A DNA stretch of 64,000 nt from positions 17,360,001 through 17,424,000 of the forward strand of contig NC_091999.1 in the NCBI RefSeq assembly GCF_044704955.1, in the 5' to 3' direction. This stretch comes from Pristiophorus japonicus (Eukaryota). Numbering within the stretch: the first letter of the stretch is position 1; each line of letters opens with the position of its first letter. The notes under the pieces are model-generated. The model did not search any database. It was not told the DNA's origin and saw only the letters and a program-made list of their open reading frames with translations. Below, piece by piece: positions 23,177-37,574 of this stretch. A program made the translations under genes and the position numbers.

Positions 23177-24146
23177 ATGGCAGGGTAGGCAATGAGTCGA
23201 GACTGTCATGTGTGAGAGTTTGTGGACAGCAAATCTGTCCCGCATTCCCACATCTGCAGGAAATGTCTCTGCTTTATTCTCTCTGGCTCAGGGTAATTGG
23301 GCTGGAGTGCGAGTTCGACACATTCTGAAATACACAGGAGAAGTGATTTCTGGATAGTTTAATCCAGAAAACAGTCACACCCCACAGAAAAGCGCAGGTT
23401 CAGGAAAGTCCGTGGCTGGTTGGGTGCCATGTAGCGAGAACTGAGGAGAGGCTGAGAATGAGACACTGCTCCTGTCCAACCGGTAAGATGTACTCGTTAC
23501 CTTTAACGAGAAGGATACAGATTGAGTGGAGGACAGCCACAATACATACCAAGGTACGTGGCTCAGAAGGTTGTCCACAGGCAGAGATAGGTAGAAATAT
23601 TAAACAATTACTTTGCATCAGTATTTATCAGGGAGACAAAAAGGTGGACATGACATCGGATGATATTAGAAATGAAATAACTGCATTTAATAAGAACAAA
23701 AGGAAAATATTATTTAAACTAATCAAACCGAAAAAGGATAAAATGCTTGCTTCGGACGAATTACCTCTTGGGAAGAGATAGCAGATGCATTAATAAACAT
23801 ATTTAATATTTCGTTAGAATAAGGTGCAGTGCCGGAGGATTGGCAGATACCTAATGTAATACCTATTTTTGAGAAGGGAGATGGAACGTGTCTGAGGAAT
23901 TATAGCCCAGTCAACTTAACATCGTTGGTAGGAAAAATAATGGAATCGCTACTAAAGGAGAAAGTGGAAGAACAACTAGAAACCAAAAATGAATAGTCAG
24001 CATGGATTATAAAAGGGAAAGTCTTGAATTGACCAAATTCTTTGAATTTTTCGAAGAAGTAACAGATAGCGTAGACTAACGGAATGTAGTAGATGTAATT
24101 TATCTAGATTTTCCAAAGGCCTTCGATAAGATACCCCATAATCGAC
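23177..24146 (+). mobile_element. Old CR1 remnants (ORF1 N-terminal zinc finger and RT fragments)
   Basis: DCHV*EFVD..HICRKC..LRVIGLECE..LDS..TVTP; also VPEDWQIPNVIPIF and LDFPKAFDKIPH. Confidence 0.7.
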
Positions 24147-26588
24147 TGAAAGGGCAGATCACAAATCGTAATTACAATTAATAATAATAATTGGGATGTT
24201 TTCAAATGGAGTTAACAGATTTTTAAATGGATCCCACAGCCTGATTATCAGACTGTGAAAAGCATGTGTGAGATGCCTTCCGCACAGGGTCAGATGTTCC
24301 AATTCATAGACCAAAGGCCTTGGGAGCTGGGCACAGACACAGATAACATAGGATTTGAATTCTATAACAAAATACAAGTTAAATAAAAAGAATCATAACA
24401 ACATGTATCCTGAATTACCAATTAAACATATAGAGGCCAGATTGGAGGAAGCAACCGACCAGATAATCATGTATTAATCAATCAGCACATATTAATTGTA
24501 ACTTGCGTAATTAAGTAAGACTATAATCTGAAACTGTATAAAATAAGATGTTTCTGGCAGTTTCTCTGAGCATTCCTTCAAGGATAGCTCCCCTGTTGGC
24601 TTGTATCTTTTATTAATAAAAACTGCATTTACTTTAAGGCTAACGGACTCCGAGTGGTGGTTTGAAGTTAACTCTAACAACTTGGCGCAGTCAGCAGGAT
24701 CTACTGGACGGGCAGATTAGACTCAAAAAGCCCACCAACCTAACAACGAGTGAGTCGAGAATTACCTTGCGAAATTCTCCTCGCAAAGTAACCAGATCCA
24801 ACGAATCTGAAGCAGAGTCCATGCAGCCAGTAAATCCAGTTGAGGGGTGCGTCAGGACAAAATAAGTAAACACATGTGTCGGGAGAATAAGTACGTGTAC
24901 GGGATATCGGAGTAAAAGCGTCGGTGTAAATAGTTCCGCTTAAGTAAAGATGGTAAAACGGGAACTGGGGAAAAAGCCCCTGTGTAAGAAATGGGAAAGG
25001 AATCTGCCAAGGCATTTGGAGGGGTGAGGCATAAACCACCAGAAGAGTTTCTGAGAGATAAATCTGAAAAGGTTAAGAAGATGGTTAAGGCAGGATATGA
25101 TGAAGCGAAAAAGAGCAGTTTAACAGCCGGAAAGATGAATAGAAAGATACCCGAAGGTGAGATGGACAGAAAAAGTTACAAAAGACAAGAGGATGTAAGT
25201 ATAAAAATAGATATAGATGACAGAAGGGAATGGACAGAGGAATTTGAGCCAAATTTGTATCCCCACACTGACAGGGTTATGATTAGGAGCAGAGGAAAAT
25301 AAAGGATTCATTGGGGGCCAGAAGACTAGCTTAGTAGATATTTTCCGGAAGACCATAATAAAAACTGTTACTGACTACCTTAAGTGAAGTATGGATCCGA
25401 AATTTGAGCCGGCCAAACAATAAGCTTTGTTGAATGAAGAGAGAATTTTGTGAATGTCTGTCTTTGAATGAAAGTGATTGTGTGATTTTTGACTGCGGAA
25501 TATTTGAGGTGGGAATTAATGAATTTTTCATGTGTCTGAAAGCCTGCTTCAGAAAGTGGTGGAGCTGTCTGCTGTTTTGGCTCCACCCACTTTTTCAGAC
25601 AGAGTGAAATATTTTTTTTAACCCTTTGCAGTGTTGCCCTGTATGAGGGAAGTTTTAAGAAAGTATGAACCTAGAATTGAATTACATTTTAATTTAGAAA
25701 CCCAGTTGTGGAGTTATTCGGAAGATATGTTCTGGAGCTAGGAAATGCACAAAGGGTAGATTTGTTAAGCAAAAGATGAAAAATGCATGTTGGTTTAAAA
25801 CAAAATTACTGGGGAAGTACGCCCCATCTTCCTTTGTGTAAACATTTGATGCAAAAGCTTCTAGCTCAGTAAAAGTATTTTTAAATAAATTGTGTAAAAA
25901 ATGTTACCTGAATATTGTAAACCAGGGGAATAAACCTTGGGAAATTGCGTGGTAGTTAAACCTGGAACAGAAGTAATGTTGTTATTTGACAATGTCCAGC
26001 ATGAAATGTGACCTGTGAGCATAAATCGAACAGCCAGAAAAAATTAGCCACAAGACTAAAGCATTGTAAACATGATTGCTAGACACAATCCTGAGAATAG
26101 CTAGTGACACATCAGGAGCAAGGGAGTAACACAAGCAGCTGAGACACAAAGAAGGAAGAAAGAGGAGGTCTATAGCAAATGACGTATTAACTGTACAGGG
26201 ACATCTCTAGTTGGTGCACCAGATATACAGGCGATCCAGGCAAGTGTCGATAGTTTGAGGGGAACAACGGATTTACTAATCAGGAAACAGACCAGGATTG
26301 GGATAGAATCTTCACAGTTAGGATCCAAAACATCCAAAAAAATGCTACAGGGTGTATCCGTATTGGAAGGCCATGCACGAACAATTGACGAGCTAAATAA
26401 GCAGGAATTGAGAGGACGATGCCGAGGACAGGAAAAGAGACACATGTCATGCCTATGGGAGGTGGATGATTGGTCAGGTGAGACACAATATGGATCAGAT
26501 ACAAACCGGGCGAGTTACAGATTCAATAAGTAGCACCCAGTTAAAAGAAATGCCACAGCACACTAGGCCATTAGATGCATGCACCCTG
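24147..26588 (+). mobile_element. Endogenous retrovirus-like remnant: 5' LTR (24147-24679), PBS, gag-like leader and env-like fragment
   Basis: TG...CTAACA with TATA-like ~24537 and AATAAA 24615; PBS 24683-24700; Lys-rich ORF MGKESAK... at 24991; RKRR/SIANDVLT furin-site-like motif at ~26160 followed by a heptad-like segment. Confidence 0.7.
24683..24700 (+). promoter_or_regulatory. Primer-binding site, tRNA-Ser(AGA) type
   Basis: TGGCGCAGTCAGCAGGAT versus expected TGGCGTAGTCGGCAGGAT (16/18), 3 nt after the LTR-terminal CA. Confidence 0.75.
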
Positions 26589-29500
26589 AAACATAGAAAC
26601 ATAGAAACATAGAAAAAAGTTGCAGGAATAGACCATTAGCCCCTTAGAGCCTGCACCAACATTCAATAAGATCATGGCTGATCATTCACCTCATTACCCC
26701 TTTCCAGCTTTCGCTCCACACCCCTTGATCCCATTAACTGAAGGGCCATATCCAACTCCCTCTTGAATATATCTGATGAACTGGCATCAACAACGTTCTG
26801 CGGAAGAGAATTCCACAGGTTAACAACTCTCTGAGTGAAGATGTTTCTCCTCATCTCGGTCCTAAATGGCTTATCCCTTGTCCTCAGACTGTGACCACTG
26901 GTTCTGGACTTCCCCAACATTGGGAACATTCTTCGTGCATCTAACCTGCCCAGTCCCGTCAGAATGTTTCTGAGGTCCCCTCTCATTCTTCTAAACTCCA
27001 GTGAATACAGACCCAGTCGATCCTATCTCTCCTCATATGTCCTCCCATCCCGGAAATCAGTCTGGTGAACCTTTGCTGTACTCCCTCAATAGCAAGAACG
27101 TCCTTCCTCAGATTAGAACAACACTGAACACAGTATTCCAGGTGAGGCCTCGCCAAGGCCCTGTACAGCTGCAGCAAGACCGCCCTGCTGCTATATTCAA
27201 ATAAACAAGATATGGGGCCAACATGCTATTTGTCTTCTTTCTGTCTGCTGTACCTGCATGCCAACCTTCAATTACTGATGTACCATGACACCCGGATCTC
27301 GTTGCACCTCCCCTTTTCCTCATCTGCCGCAATTCAAATAATATTCTGCCTTCGTGTTTCTGCCACCAAAGTGCATAACCTCACATTTATCCACATTACA
27401 CTACATCTGCCATGCAATTGCCCACTCACCTCACCTGTCCAAATCACCCTGCAGCCACTTAGCATCCTCCTCACATTTCACACCGCCATCCAGCATAATG
27501 TCATCTGCAAACTTGGAGATGTTATACAAAATTCATCATCTAAATCATTAATGTATATTGTAAATTGCTGGCTTCCCAGCACTGAGCCCTGCGGCACCCA
27601 ACTAGTCACTGCCTGCCATTATGAAAATAATCCGTTTATCCCGACTCTCTGCTTCCTGTCTGCCAACGAGTTCTCTATCCACGTCAATACATTACCGCCA
27701 ATGCCATGTGCTTTAATTTTGCACACCAACCTCTTGTGTGGGACCTTGTCAAAAGTATTTTGCAAGTCCCACTACACCATATCCACTGGTTCTCCCTTGT
27801 CGACTCTACTAGTTACATCCTCACACAATTCTGGAAGATTTGTCAAGCATGATTTTCCTTTCATAAATCTATGCTGACTTGGACCAATCCTGTCACTGCT
27901 TTCCAAATGGGCTGCTATTTCATCTTTAAAAATTAATTACAACATTTTCCCCACCACTGATGTCAGGCTAACCGGTCTATAATTACCCGTTTTCGATCTC
28001 CCTCCTTTTTCAAAATGTGGTGTTGCATTAGCTTCCCTCCTGTCCATACAAACTGATCGAGAATCGATGGACTGTTGGAAAATAATCACCAATGCATCCA
28101 CTATTTCTAGGGCCACTTCCTTAAGTACTCTGGGATGCAGACCATCAGGCCCCGGGGATTTATCGGCCTTTAGTCCCATCAATTTCCCGAACACAATTTC
28201 CCACAAATAAGGATTTTCTTCAGTTCCTCCTTCTCACTAGCCCCTCGGTCACGTACCATTTCCAGAAGATTATGCGCATCTTCCTTCGTGAAGGCAGAAC
28301 CAAAGTATTTGTTCAACTGGTCGACCATTTCCTTGTTCCCTATTATAAATTCACCTGAATTTGACTGCAAGGGACCTACGTTTGCCTTCACTACTCTTTT
28401 TCTCTTCACATATTTATAGAAGTGTTTATGTTCCCAGCAAGCTTCCTCTCATACTCTATTTTCCCCCTCCTAATTAAACACTTTGTCCTCCTCTGCTGAA
28501 TTTTAAATTTCTCCCCGTCCTCGGGTTGATGCTTTTTCTGACCAATTTATATGCCTCTTCCTTGGATTTAACGCTATCCTTAATTTTCCTTGTTAGCCAC
28601 GGTTGAGCCACCTTCCCCATTTTATTTTTACTCCAGACAGGGATGTCCAATTGTTGAAGTTCATCCATGTGATCTTTATATGTTTTCCATTGCTTATCTG
28701 CCGTCAACCCTTTATGTATCATGTCCCAATCTATTCTAGCCAATTCATGTCTCATACATCGAAGTTACCTTTCCTTAAGTTCAGGACCCCAGTCTCAGAA
28801 TTAACCGTTTCACTCTCCACCATAACAAAGAGTTGTACCTTATTGTGGTTACTCTTCACCAAGGGGCCTCGCACAACAAGATTGCTAATTAGTCCTTTCT
28901 CATTACACATCAAGCAGTCGAGGATGGCCAGCCCTCTAGATGGTCCCTTGACATATTGGTCGAGAAAACCATCCCTAATACACTCCAGCAAATCCTTCTC
29001 CACCGTATTACTACCAGTTTGGTTCGCACAATCTATGTGTAGATTAAAGTCGCCAATGATAACTGATGTACCTTTATTGCACACATCCCTACTTTCTTGT
29101 TGGATGCTGGCAGCAAACTCACTACGATTGTTTGGTGGTACACAACTCCCACTAGCGTTTTTTTCCCTTTGATATTCCACAGATCCACCCACGTAGAATC
29201 CACGCGAATGTCCTTCCTGACTATTGCATTAATTGCCTCTTCAACCAGCAATGCCACCCCACCTCCTTTTCCTTTGTGTCTATCCTTCCTGACTGGTGAA
29301 TACCCCTGGATATTGCGTTGCCGGCCTTCGTCACCCTGGAGCCATTTCTCCGTGATGCCAATTGCATCATATTCATTAATTGCTGCCTGTGCAGTTAATT
29401 TGTCCACCTTATTACGAATATTACTCGCATTGAGGTACAGTGCCTTCAGGCTTGTTATCTTAACACACCTTGTCCCTTTAGAAGTTTGCTGCAATGTGGC

Positions 29501-29850
29501 CCTTTTTGATTTTTTCCTTTGGGTTTCTCTGCCCTCCACCCTTACTTTTCTGCCCCCAAAGGTTCCCATCCCGCTGCCATATCAGTTTAACCACTCCCCA
29601 ACAACACGAGCAAACTCTCCCTCGTGGACATTGGTTCTGCTGAGGTGCAGACCGTCCGGTTTGCACAGGTCCCAGCTCCCACAGAACGGTTCCAATGTCC
29701 CAAGAAATTGAATCCCTCCTTTCTGCAACACACATTCATCTGAACTATCCTGCGATTCCTACTCTGAAAAGTGGCAGCTATCCCTGAGATTGCTACCTTT
29801 GAGGTCCGATTTGTTAATTTAGCTCCCAGCTCCCTAAATTCAGCTACTAA
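26589..29850 (-). mobile_element. CR1 LINE, long degenerate copy (end of ORF1 SGNH-like domain plus ORF2)
   Basis: EFRELGAKL..SKVAISG; LYLNASNIRNK, GITE, IGDFN and KSPGPDG motifs; (TTTCTATG)n tail at 26589-26615. Confidence 0.92.
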
Positions 29851-30040
29851 TTCCTCAGACACAGAGAGTCAGACTCAAACACAAAAAGAGCACTCTAAAG
29901 ACAGAGAGTGAGAGGAACAGATACATTGCACAATCCCATTTGTTTGAATGTTACAAAGTTATCGACAAATGCAGATTCAACAGAATAGATTCAGGTATAA
30001 CTGAGCAGGATGGCAGGAAATCGGTTTGAATTTAAAGATT

Positions 30041-30123
30041 TACCAGGAGTGGTGTTCGAACCCATGCAGGTATAAACCCATTGGATTTTCCGTCCAACGC
30101 CTGAACAACTCGGCCATCCTGGT
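30041..30123 (-). pseudogene. tRNA-Leu(TAA)-derived pseudogene (anticodon position reads GAA)
   Basis: ACCAGGATGGCCGAG...GGTTCGAACACCACTCCTGGTA matches the vertebrate Leu-TAA body. Confidence 0.8.
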
Positions 30124-30562
30124 TTTGTCAGTATTCGGATTTTGTCTCTGTGAGAATCTGGGCTGCAGCTCCCCTCTCACAGACACAGGTTTTCAATGAG
30201 CATTTTCGAATATTTAGAGTAATATTGATACAGGGGCAACTCTCCTGATCTTTTTCGAGTAATGCTCTGGGAACTTTCACATCCACCCGAGGGTGCAGAC
30301 GGAGCTTCAATTTAACATTTTATCCGAAAGTCAACAGCTTCAACAATGCAAAATCCCCCAAGTACTGCACTTGAGTGTCAGCCAAGTTGATATGCTCAAG
30401 TCTCAGGAGTGGGACTTAAACACACAACCTCCTTATTCAGTCGAGAATGCTGCCACTGAACCAAAGCCGATACCAAAGTTCACATCCGTATTATTTTCCC
30501 CAAGTCTTTTTATAAAGTTTCAGGAAATACAGAAGTAATATTCAACATTTTAAAAAAGCTTC

Positions 30563-30634
30563 ATCCTCGTCGGGGAATTGAACGCCTACCTCGCGCGTGA
30601 CAGAGAGGGATATTAACTAAGACACGAATGAGGA
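30563..30634 (-). pseudogene. tRNA-Asp(GTC) pseudogene
   Basis: Degenerate match to TCCTCGTTAGTATAGTGG...CTGTCACGCG...TTCCCCGACG. Confidence 0.7.
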
Positions 30635-31391
30635 GCTGACGGGTGTGGATTCTGTCAGTGCAGGAATCGAGCTGAGAACAGAAATGGACACCATGAGAAG
30701 TAGACAGGCACATTGAGAGACAGAGACAAACCGACAAACAGGGAGAGACAGACAGTAAGATAGAGACAACGTGAGACAGAAAGTGTGAGACTGAGAAGGA
30801 GAGGCAGACTGAGTGAGAAAAAGACACAAACACACACACATACAGATATAAAGAGAGAGAGGGAAACAGTGAGAGAAAGACAGTGATGAAGACAGTAACA
30901 AGGAGAGAGACAGAGGAAGAGTGAGCGACAGATAGAGAGATACACAGAGATATAAACAGAAAATGATGGAAATACTCAGCAGGTTAGAGACAGGAACGAA
31001 CAGAGACATGCAAATAGAGACAGACAGGTCGAGACATAGACAGACAGAGATGATGGGAATGAGAGAGACATTCAGACAGAGAGACTGAGAGAATCCCACT
31101 GGAACAGAACTGGACATCGTGAGAAAGAGACAGACACGTTGAGAGACAGACAAACATGGACACAGGGAGAGACAGACAGCGAGATAGAGGCAAAGAGAGA
31201 CAGAAAGTTTGAGATTGAGAGGGAGGGTCAGTCTGAATGAGAAAACGACTCAAACGCATACATACACAGAGATGTGTTTGTGTGCTCCATAAAGAGAAGG
31301 AGGCAAATATGATGCAATGACAGAGACAAAGACAGGGACAAAGAAAGAGACAAAGAGGGAGACAGATAGAGAGAAAGACAGATAGAGACAA

Positions 31392-33120
31392 TAATTCGGT
31401 TCTGTCTTTACAAAGGAAGATACAAAAAACCTTCCGAATGTACGAGGGGACTGTGCATCTCGTGAGAATGAAGAACTGAAAGATATCCTTATTGGCGGGA
31501 AATTGTGTTGGAGAAATTGTTGGGATTAAAAGCCGATAAATCCCCGGCTCCTGATAGTCTGCATCCCAGAGTACTTAAGGAAGTGGCCCTAGAAATAGTG
31601 GATGCATTGTTGATCATTTTCCAACAATCTATCGACTCTGGATCAGTTCCTATGGACTAGAGGGTAGCTAATGTGATGGCACTTTTTAAAAAAGGAGGGA
31701 GAGAGAAAGCAGCTAATTATAGACCAGTTAGCCTGACATCAGCTGTGGGGAAAATATTGGAATCAATCATTAAGGATGAAATAGCAACCCATTTGGAAAG
31801 CAGTGACAGGATCGGACCGAGTCAGCATGGATTTATGAAAGTGAAATCACGCTTGACGAATCTTCTGGAATTATTTGAGGATGTAATGAGTAGAGTGGAC
31901 AAGGGAGAACCAGTGGATGTGGTGTATTTGGACTTTCAATAGGCTTTTGACAAGGTCCCGCACTAGAGATTGGTGCACAAAATCATAGCGCATGGTATTG
32001 GGATTAATGTACTGACATGGATAGAGAACTGGTTGGCAGACAGGATGCAGAGAATCGGGATAAACGGGTCCTTTTCAAACTGGCAGGAAGTGACTAGTGG
32101 GGTGCCGCAGGGCTCAGTGCTGGGACTCCAGCTCTTTACAATATACATGAACGATTTGGTTGAAGGAATAGAGTGTAATATCTCCAAGTTTGCGGATGAC
32201 ACTAAACTGGGTGGCGGTCCGAGCTGTGAAGAGGATGCTAAGAGGCTGCAGGGTGAATTGGACAGATTAGGTGAGTGGGCAAATACATGGCAGATGCTGA
32301 ATAATGTGGATAAATGTGAGGTTATCCATTTTGTGGGCAACAACACGAAGGCAGAATATTATCTGAATGGCGGAAAACTAGAAAAAGGGGAGGTGCAGTG
32401 AGACCTTGGTGTTATGGTTCATCAGTCACTGACAGTGGGCATGCAGGTACAGCAGGCGGTAAAGAAGGCAAATGGTATGTTGGCCTTCGTAGCTAGAGGA
32501 TTTGAATATAGGAGCCAGGAGAACTTACTGCAGTTGTACAAGGCCTTCGTGAGAACACACCTGGAATATTGTGTTCAGTTTTGGTCTCCTAGTCTGAGGA
32601 AGGACGTTCCTGCTGTTGAGGGAGTGCAGCGAAGGTTCACCAGACTGATTCCAGGGATGGCAGGACTGTCATATGAGGAGAGATTGGATCAACTAGGCCT
32701 TTAATCACTGGCGTTTAGAATGATGAGAGGGGATTTCATAGAATCATACAAGATTCTGACGGGACTGCACAGGTTAAATTCGGAAAGAATGTTCTCGATG
32801 TTGGGGAAGCCAGAACCAGGGGACATAGTTTTAGGATAAGATGTAGGCCATTTAGCAGTGAGATGAGTAGAAACTTCTTCACTCAGAGAGTTGTTGACCT
32901 GTGGAATTCCCTGCCACAGAGAGTTGTTGAAGCCAGTTCATTGGATATATTCAAGAGAGAGTTAGATATGGTCCTTACGGTTAAGTGGATGAAGTGGGAT
33001 GGAGAGGAAAACAGGAAAGGGTAATTGAAAGAATGATCAGCCATGATAATATTGAATGGCGGTGCAGGCTCGAAGGGCCTAATGGCCTACTCCTGCAGCT
33101 TTTTTCTATGTTTCTATGTT
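31392..33120 (+). mobile_element. CR1 LINE inserted in array spacer
   Basis: NYRPVSLTS, GVPQGSVLG and FADDTK motifs; (TTTCTATG)n tail. Confidence 0.93.
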
Positions 33121-33550
33121 TTAAAAACAGAAAATAATGGAAATGTTCATCAGATTAGAGACAGGGACAAAATGAGACAGGCAAAGACACGGACAGGGAG
33201 GATGGGAAAGAGAGAGACAGTCAGACAGAGAGTCTGAGAGAATCGCATTGGAACAGAAGTGGACACCGTGAGAAACAGACAGATTGAGAGACAGAGACAA
33301 ACAGAGAACCAGGCACAGACAGAGTGAGTCAGAGAGAGGCAGACTGATGGAGAGAAAGGCTCAAGCACACAAACACATACACAGCTCTCTAAAGAGAGAA
33401 AGGCAGAGACTGAGATACACAGCTACATTTCACAATTTCATTTCATGATCAGCTTAGTGTGTCACAGAGTTACAGAAAATTGCAGATTCAACAGATGAAA
33501 ATCATGTATCACTGGGCAGGATGGGAAAAATCTCTGTTAAATTAAAGAGA

Positions 33551-33632
33551 TTCTAGGATTGGGGTTCGAATCCACACGGGAAAAACCCATTGAATTTTAC
33601 GGCCAATGCCGTAACCACTCGCCCATCCTGGT
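33551..33632 (-). pseudogene. tRNA-Leu(TAA) pseudogene
   Basis: Degenerate Leu-TAA body. Confidence 0.75.
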
Positions 33633-34166
33633 CTTTGTAGCGTTTGGATTCTGTCTCTGTGAGAATGTGGCCTTCAGCTCCACCCCCACAGCAACACACA
33701 CACATACACATCGGGTTTCAGTGAGCATTTATGAACATTTTTTTGTTATATTGACACAGGCGCAACTATCCTATTCTTTTTCGTGTAATGCTCTGGGAAC
33801 TTTCACATCCAGCCGGATTTGCAGACGGAGCTTCAATTTAACATTTCAGCTGATGGTCAACAGCTTCAACAATGCAAAATTCCCCAAGTACTGCACTTGA
33901 GTGTCAGCAAAGATTATCTGCTCAAGTCTCAGGAGTGGGGCTTACACACACAACCTCCTGATTCAGTCGAGAATAGAGCCAATGAACCAAGGCCGATACC
34001 AAAGATCACAACCGTATTATTTTCCCCAAGTTTTTAAAAAATTTCCAGGACATACCACGTTCATGGTGATGATTTGCATCGACAGTTGCACATACACAGA
34101 TATATACATACAGATAGACATACACAGACACACACACACACAATAACCAAAAAAATACACTCATCA

Positions 34167-34878
34167 ACATAGAAACTTAGAAATTAGTTGCAGGAGCAGG
34201 CCATTCGGCCCTTCTAGCCTCCACCACCATTCTTTAAGATCATGGCTCATCATTCAACCTCAGTACCCATTTCCTGTTTTCTTTCCATACCCCTTGAATC
34301 CTTGAGTCATTAGGGCCATATCTGACTCCCTCTTGAATATATCTAACTAACTGGCCTCAACAACTTTCTGCGGTAGAGAATTCCACAGGGTAACGACTCT
34401 CTGAGTGAAGACATTTCTCCTCATCTCGGTCCTAAATGGCTTAACCCTTATTTTTAGACTGCGACCCCTGGTTCTCGAACTCCTCAGCAACGGAAACATT
34501 CTTCCTGCCTCTCACTTGCCAAATTTCGTCAGAATTTTATTTGTTTCTATGAGATCCCCTCTCATTCTTCTAAACTCCAGTGGATACCAGCCCAGTTGAT
34601 CAAGTCTCTGCTCATATGTCAGTCCTGCCATCCCGGGAATCATGCTGGTGAACTTTCGCTGTACTCCCTCAATAGCAAGGACGTCCTTTCTCAGATTCGG
34701 AGACCAAAACTGAACACAATATTCCAGGAGTGGCCTCACCAAGGCCCTGTACAACTGCAGTAAGACCTCCCTGCTCCTATACTCAAATCCCCTCGCTATG
34801 AAGGCGAACATGCCATTTGCATTCTTCACTGCCTGCTTCACCTGCAATCAATGACTGATGTACCATGACACCCAGATC
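34167..34878 (-). mobile_element. CR1 3' fragment inside array unit 2
   Basis: ORF 34512-34847 (LVRPLLEYCVQFWSP); same site and truncation point as 37575-38283. Confidence 0.9.
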
Positions 34879-35397
34879 AAGATATACAGAGGTTGCCTTA
34901 GACAAATAGATGGACAGACAGGCAGGGTCTGACAAAGCTACTTTGTCTGGCTTTTGCGTTTTTCAGTCGAGGTGGCTGCCACTGAACCAAAGCTGATACC
35001 AAAGTTCACAACCGTGTTATTTTCAACAAGTCTTTTTGAAAAGTTCCAGGACATACCAAATTCATGGTGATGATTTCCACAGACAGTTGCACATACACAG
35101 AGACATATATACAGATAGACAGACACAGAGACACACACGTACATAAGTAACCAAAAATATACATGCACCAATGGACATGCGCAGATGCCTGCGACATCTC
35201 GAGGGACAGACAGGCTGAGTCACTGTCGCTACTTTGGCTGATTTTTGCGTTTTTCTATCCGTATGTATCGTGAATATTGCAGATTAATAAAAATGAGAAA
35301 TAGATGTCAGTGTTGAAAGGTGTGGGATGTTATTCCACCTATCTCACGATTAGTTTTGCAAAAACCTGGTTAAATTGTGAAGAAAACTGCGGAGAAT

Positions 35398-35479
35398 CGT
35401 AGTCGGCAGGATTCGAACCTGAGCGCCGAAAACCCAAAGTATTTCAAACCAATCGCATTAACCACTCGACCACAACTAC
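35398..35479 (-). pseudogene. tRNA-Ser pseudogene
   Basis: 3' end GGTTCGAATCCTGCCGACTACG intact; anticodon arm decayed. Confidence 0.75.
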
Positions 35480-35698
35480 AGCGGCCCTAGCACTTTAAAT
35501 GTTACTCAGAAAAAACTCAGTCATCCATCTCTGTGCAGCAGACGGCCGCAGAATCCTGAAAAGGTCTCTGTTTGCAAAAAATCTGGAAGAGGCAATCGCC
35601 TCTGGCTGTATTTTTACTGTTCTATATTGTTCTGGAACTTTCTAATATGAATCTATACCGAGAAACAGAAGTAAAATTAGACATTATGAAAAAACTGC

Positions 35699-35770
35699 TT
35701 TTCCGTCGGGGAATTGAACCCGGTTCTATTGCTTAACAGGGGAGCAAAATCACGACTCTCCGGACGAAGG
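35699..35770 (-). pseudogene. tRNA-Asp pseudogene, highly decayed
   Basis: Positional homolog; GGTTCAATTCCCCGACGG retained. Confidence 0.55.
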
Positions 35771-36957
35771 TACGGGCGATGTCAGAGCAGTAATCGAGCT
35801 GTGAACAGAAGTCGACAGACACATTGAGAGACAGAGACAAACCGACAAACAGGGAGAGATAGACAGCGATAGAGGGACAACGAGAGAGAGAAAGGGTGAG
35901 ACTGAAAAGTCAGGCAGACTCTGAGAAAAAGACTCAAACACCTACATATACAGAGATGTGTGTGTGTGATCAATAAAGAGAGAGAGGGAAAGAGTGAAAG
36001 AAAGACAGTGATAAAGACAGTGACAAGGAGAGAGACAGATAGAGAGAGAACGACAGGTCAAGAGAGTCAAAGATATAAACAGAAAATGATGGAAATACTC
36101 TGCAGGTTAGAAACAGGAACTACCAGCGACAGGCAAAGAGAGAAAGATAGGCAGAAATATAGACAGACATAGATGATGGGAAAGAGTGAGACAGTCAGAC
36201 AGAGAGATTGAGAGAATCCCATTCGAACAGAACTGGACACCGTGAGAAAGTGACAGACACATTGAGAACCAGAGACAAACAGGGAAACGGGGACAGACTG
36301 ATAGCGAGATAGAGACAAAGAGAGACAGAAAGTTTGAGACTGAAAGGGAGGATCAGACTGAATGAGAAAAAGACTCAAACACATACATACACAGAGATGT
36401 ATTTGCGTGCTCCATAAAGAGAAGGGGGCAAATAGTGATGGAATGACGGAGAAAAGGACAGGGACAAAGAGAGATGCAAAGAGGGCGACAGATAGAGAGA
36501 AAGACAGATAGAGAGAGAGAGACATGGAGACAAAAACAGAACATAATGGAAATATTTATCAGGTTAGAGACAGGGATTAACAGAGACAGGCAAAGACATG
36601 GACACGCAGAGATAATGGGACAGAGATAGGCAGTCAGACTGAGAGTCTGAGAGAATCCCATTGCAAAAGAACGAGACACCGTGAGAAAGAGACAGATTGA
36701 GAGACAGGGACAAACAGAGAAACAGGGAAAGAGAGAGTGTGTCAGAGAGAGGCAGACTGAGAGAGACAAAGACTCAAACACATTCACAGCTCTCGAAAGA
36801 GAGAGAGAGGCAGAGACCGAGCAACACATATACATTTCACAATTTCATTTCATTGTCGGCTCAGAATGTCACATCGTTGCAGAAAATTGGAGCTTCAGCA
36901 GATAAAAATCGGGTATCTCTCGGCAGGATGAGAAAAATCTCTGTTTAATTAAGGAAT

Positions 36958-37040
36958 CACCAGGAGTGGGTTTGAACCCACGCGAGTATACAACCCATTA
37001 CATCTTAAATCCAACGCCTTTACAACTCGGCCATCCTGGT
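36958..37040 (-). pseudogene. tRNA-Leu(TAA) pseudogene
   Basis: Acceptor stem intact and TAA anticodon present; anticodon stem and B box mutated. Confidence 0.8.
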
Positions 37041-37574
37041 CCTGATCCTGTCAGAGGTTGGACTCTGCCTCTGTGAGAATCTGGGCTTCAGCTCCACCCC
37101 CACAGACACACAGACACAGAGGATTTCAGGGAGCATTTACGAACATTTTTCGTAATATTGACACGGGCGCAACTCTCCTATTCTTTTTCGATGAAGGCTC
37201 TGGGAACTTTCACATCCACCCGAGGGTGCAAATGGAGCTTCAATTTAAAATTTCAGCCGATGGTCAACAGCTTCAACAATGCAAAATTCCCCAAATACTG
37301 CATTTGAGTGTCATCCAAGATGATGTGTTCAAGTCTCAGGAGTGGGACTTACAAACACAACCTCCTGATTCAGTCGAGAATGGAGCCACTGAACCAAAAC
37401 CGATACCAAAGATCACAACCGTATTATTTTCCCCAAGTGTTTTAAAAAGTTCCGAGATGTACCAAATTCATGGTGATGATTTCCACAGACAGTTGCACAT
37501 ACACAGAGACATACATACAGAGAGACATACACAGACACGCGCACACACAATAAAAAAAAATATACATGCATCAC

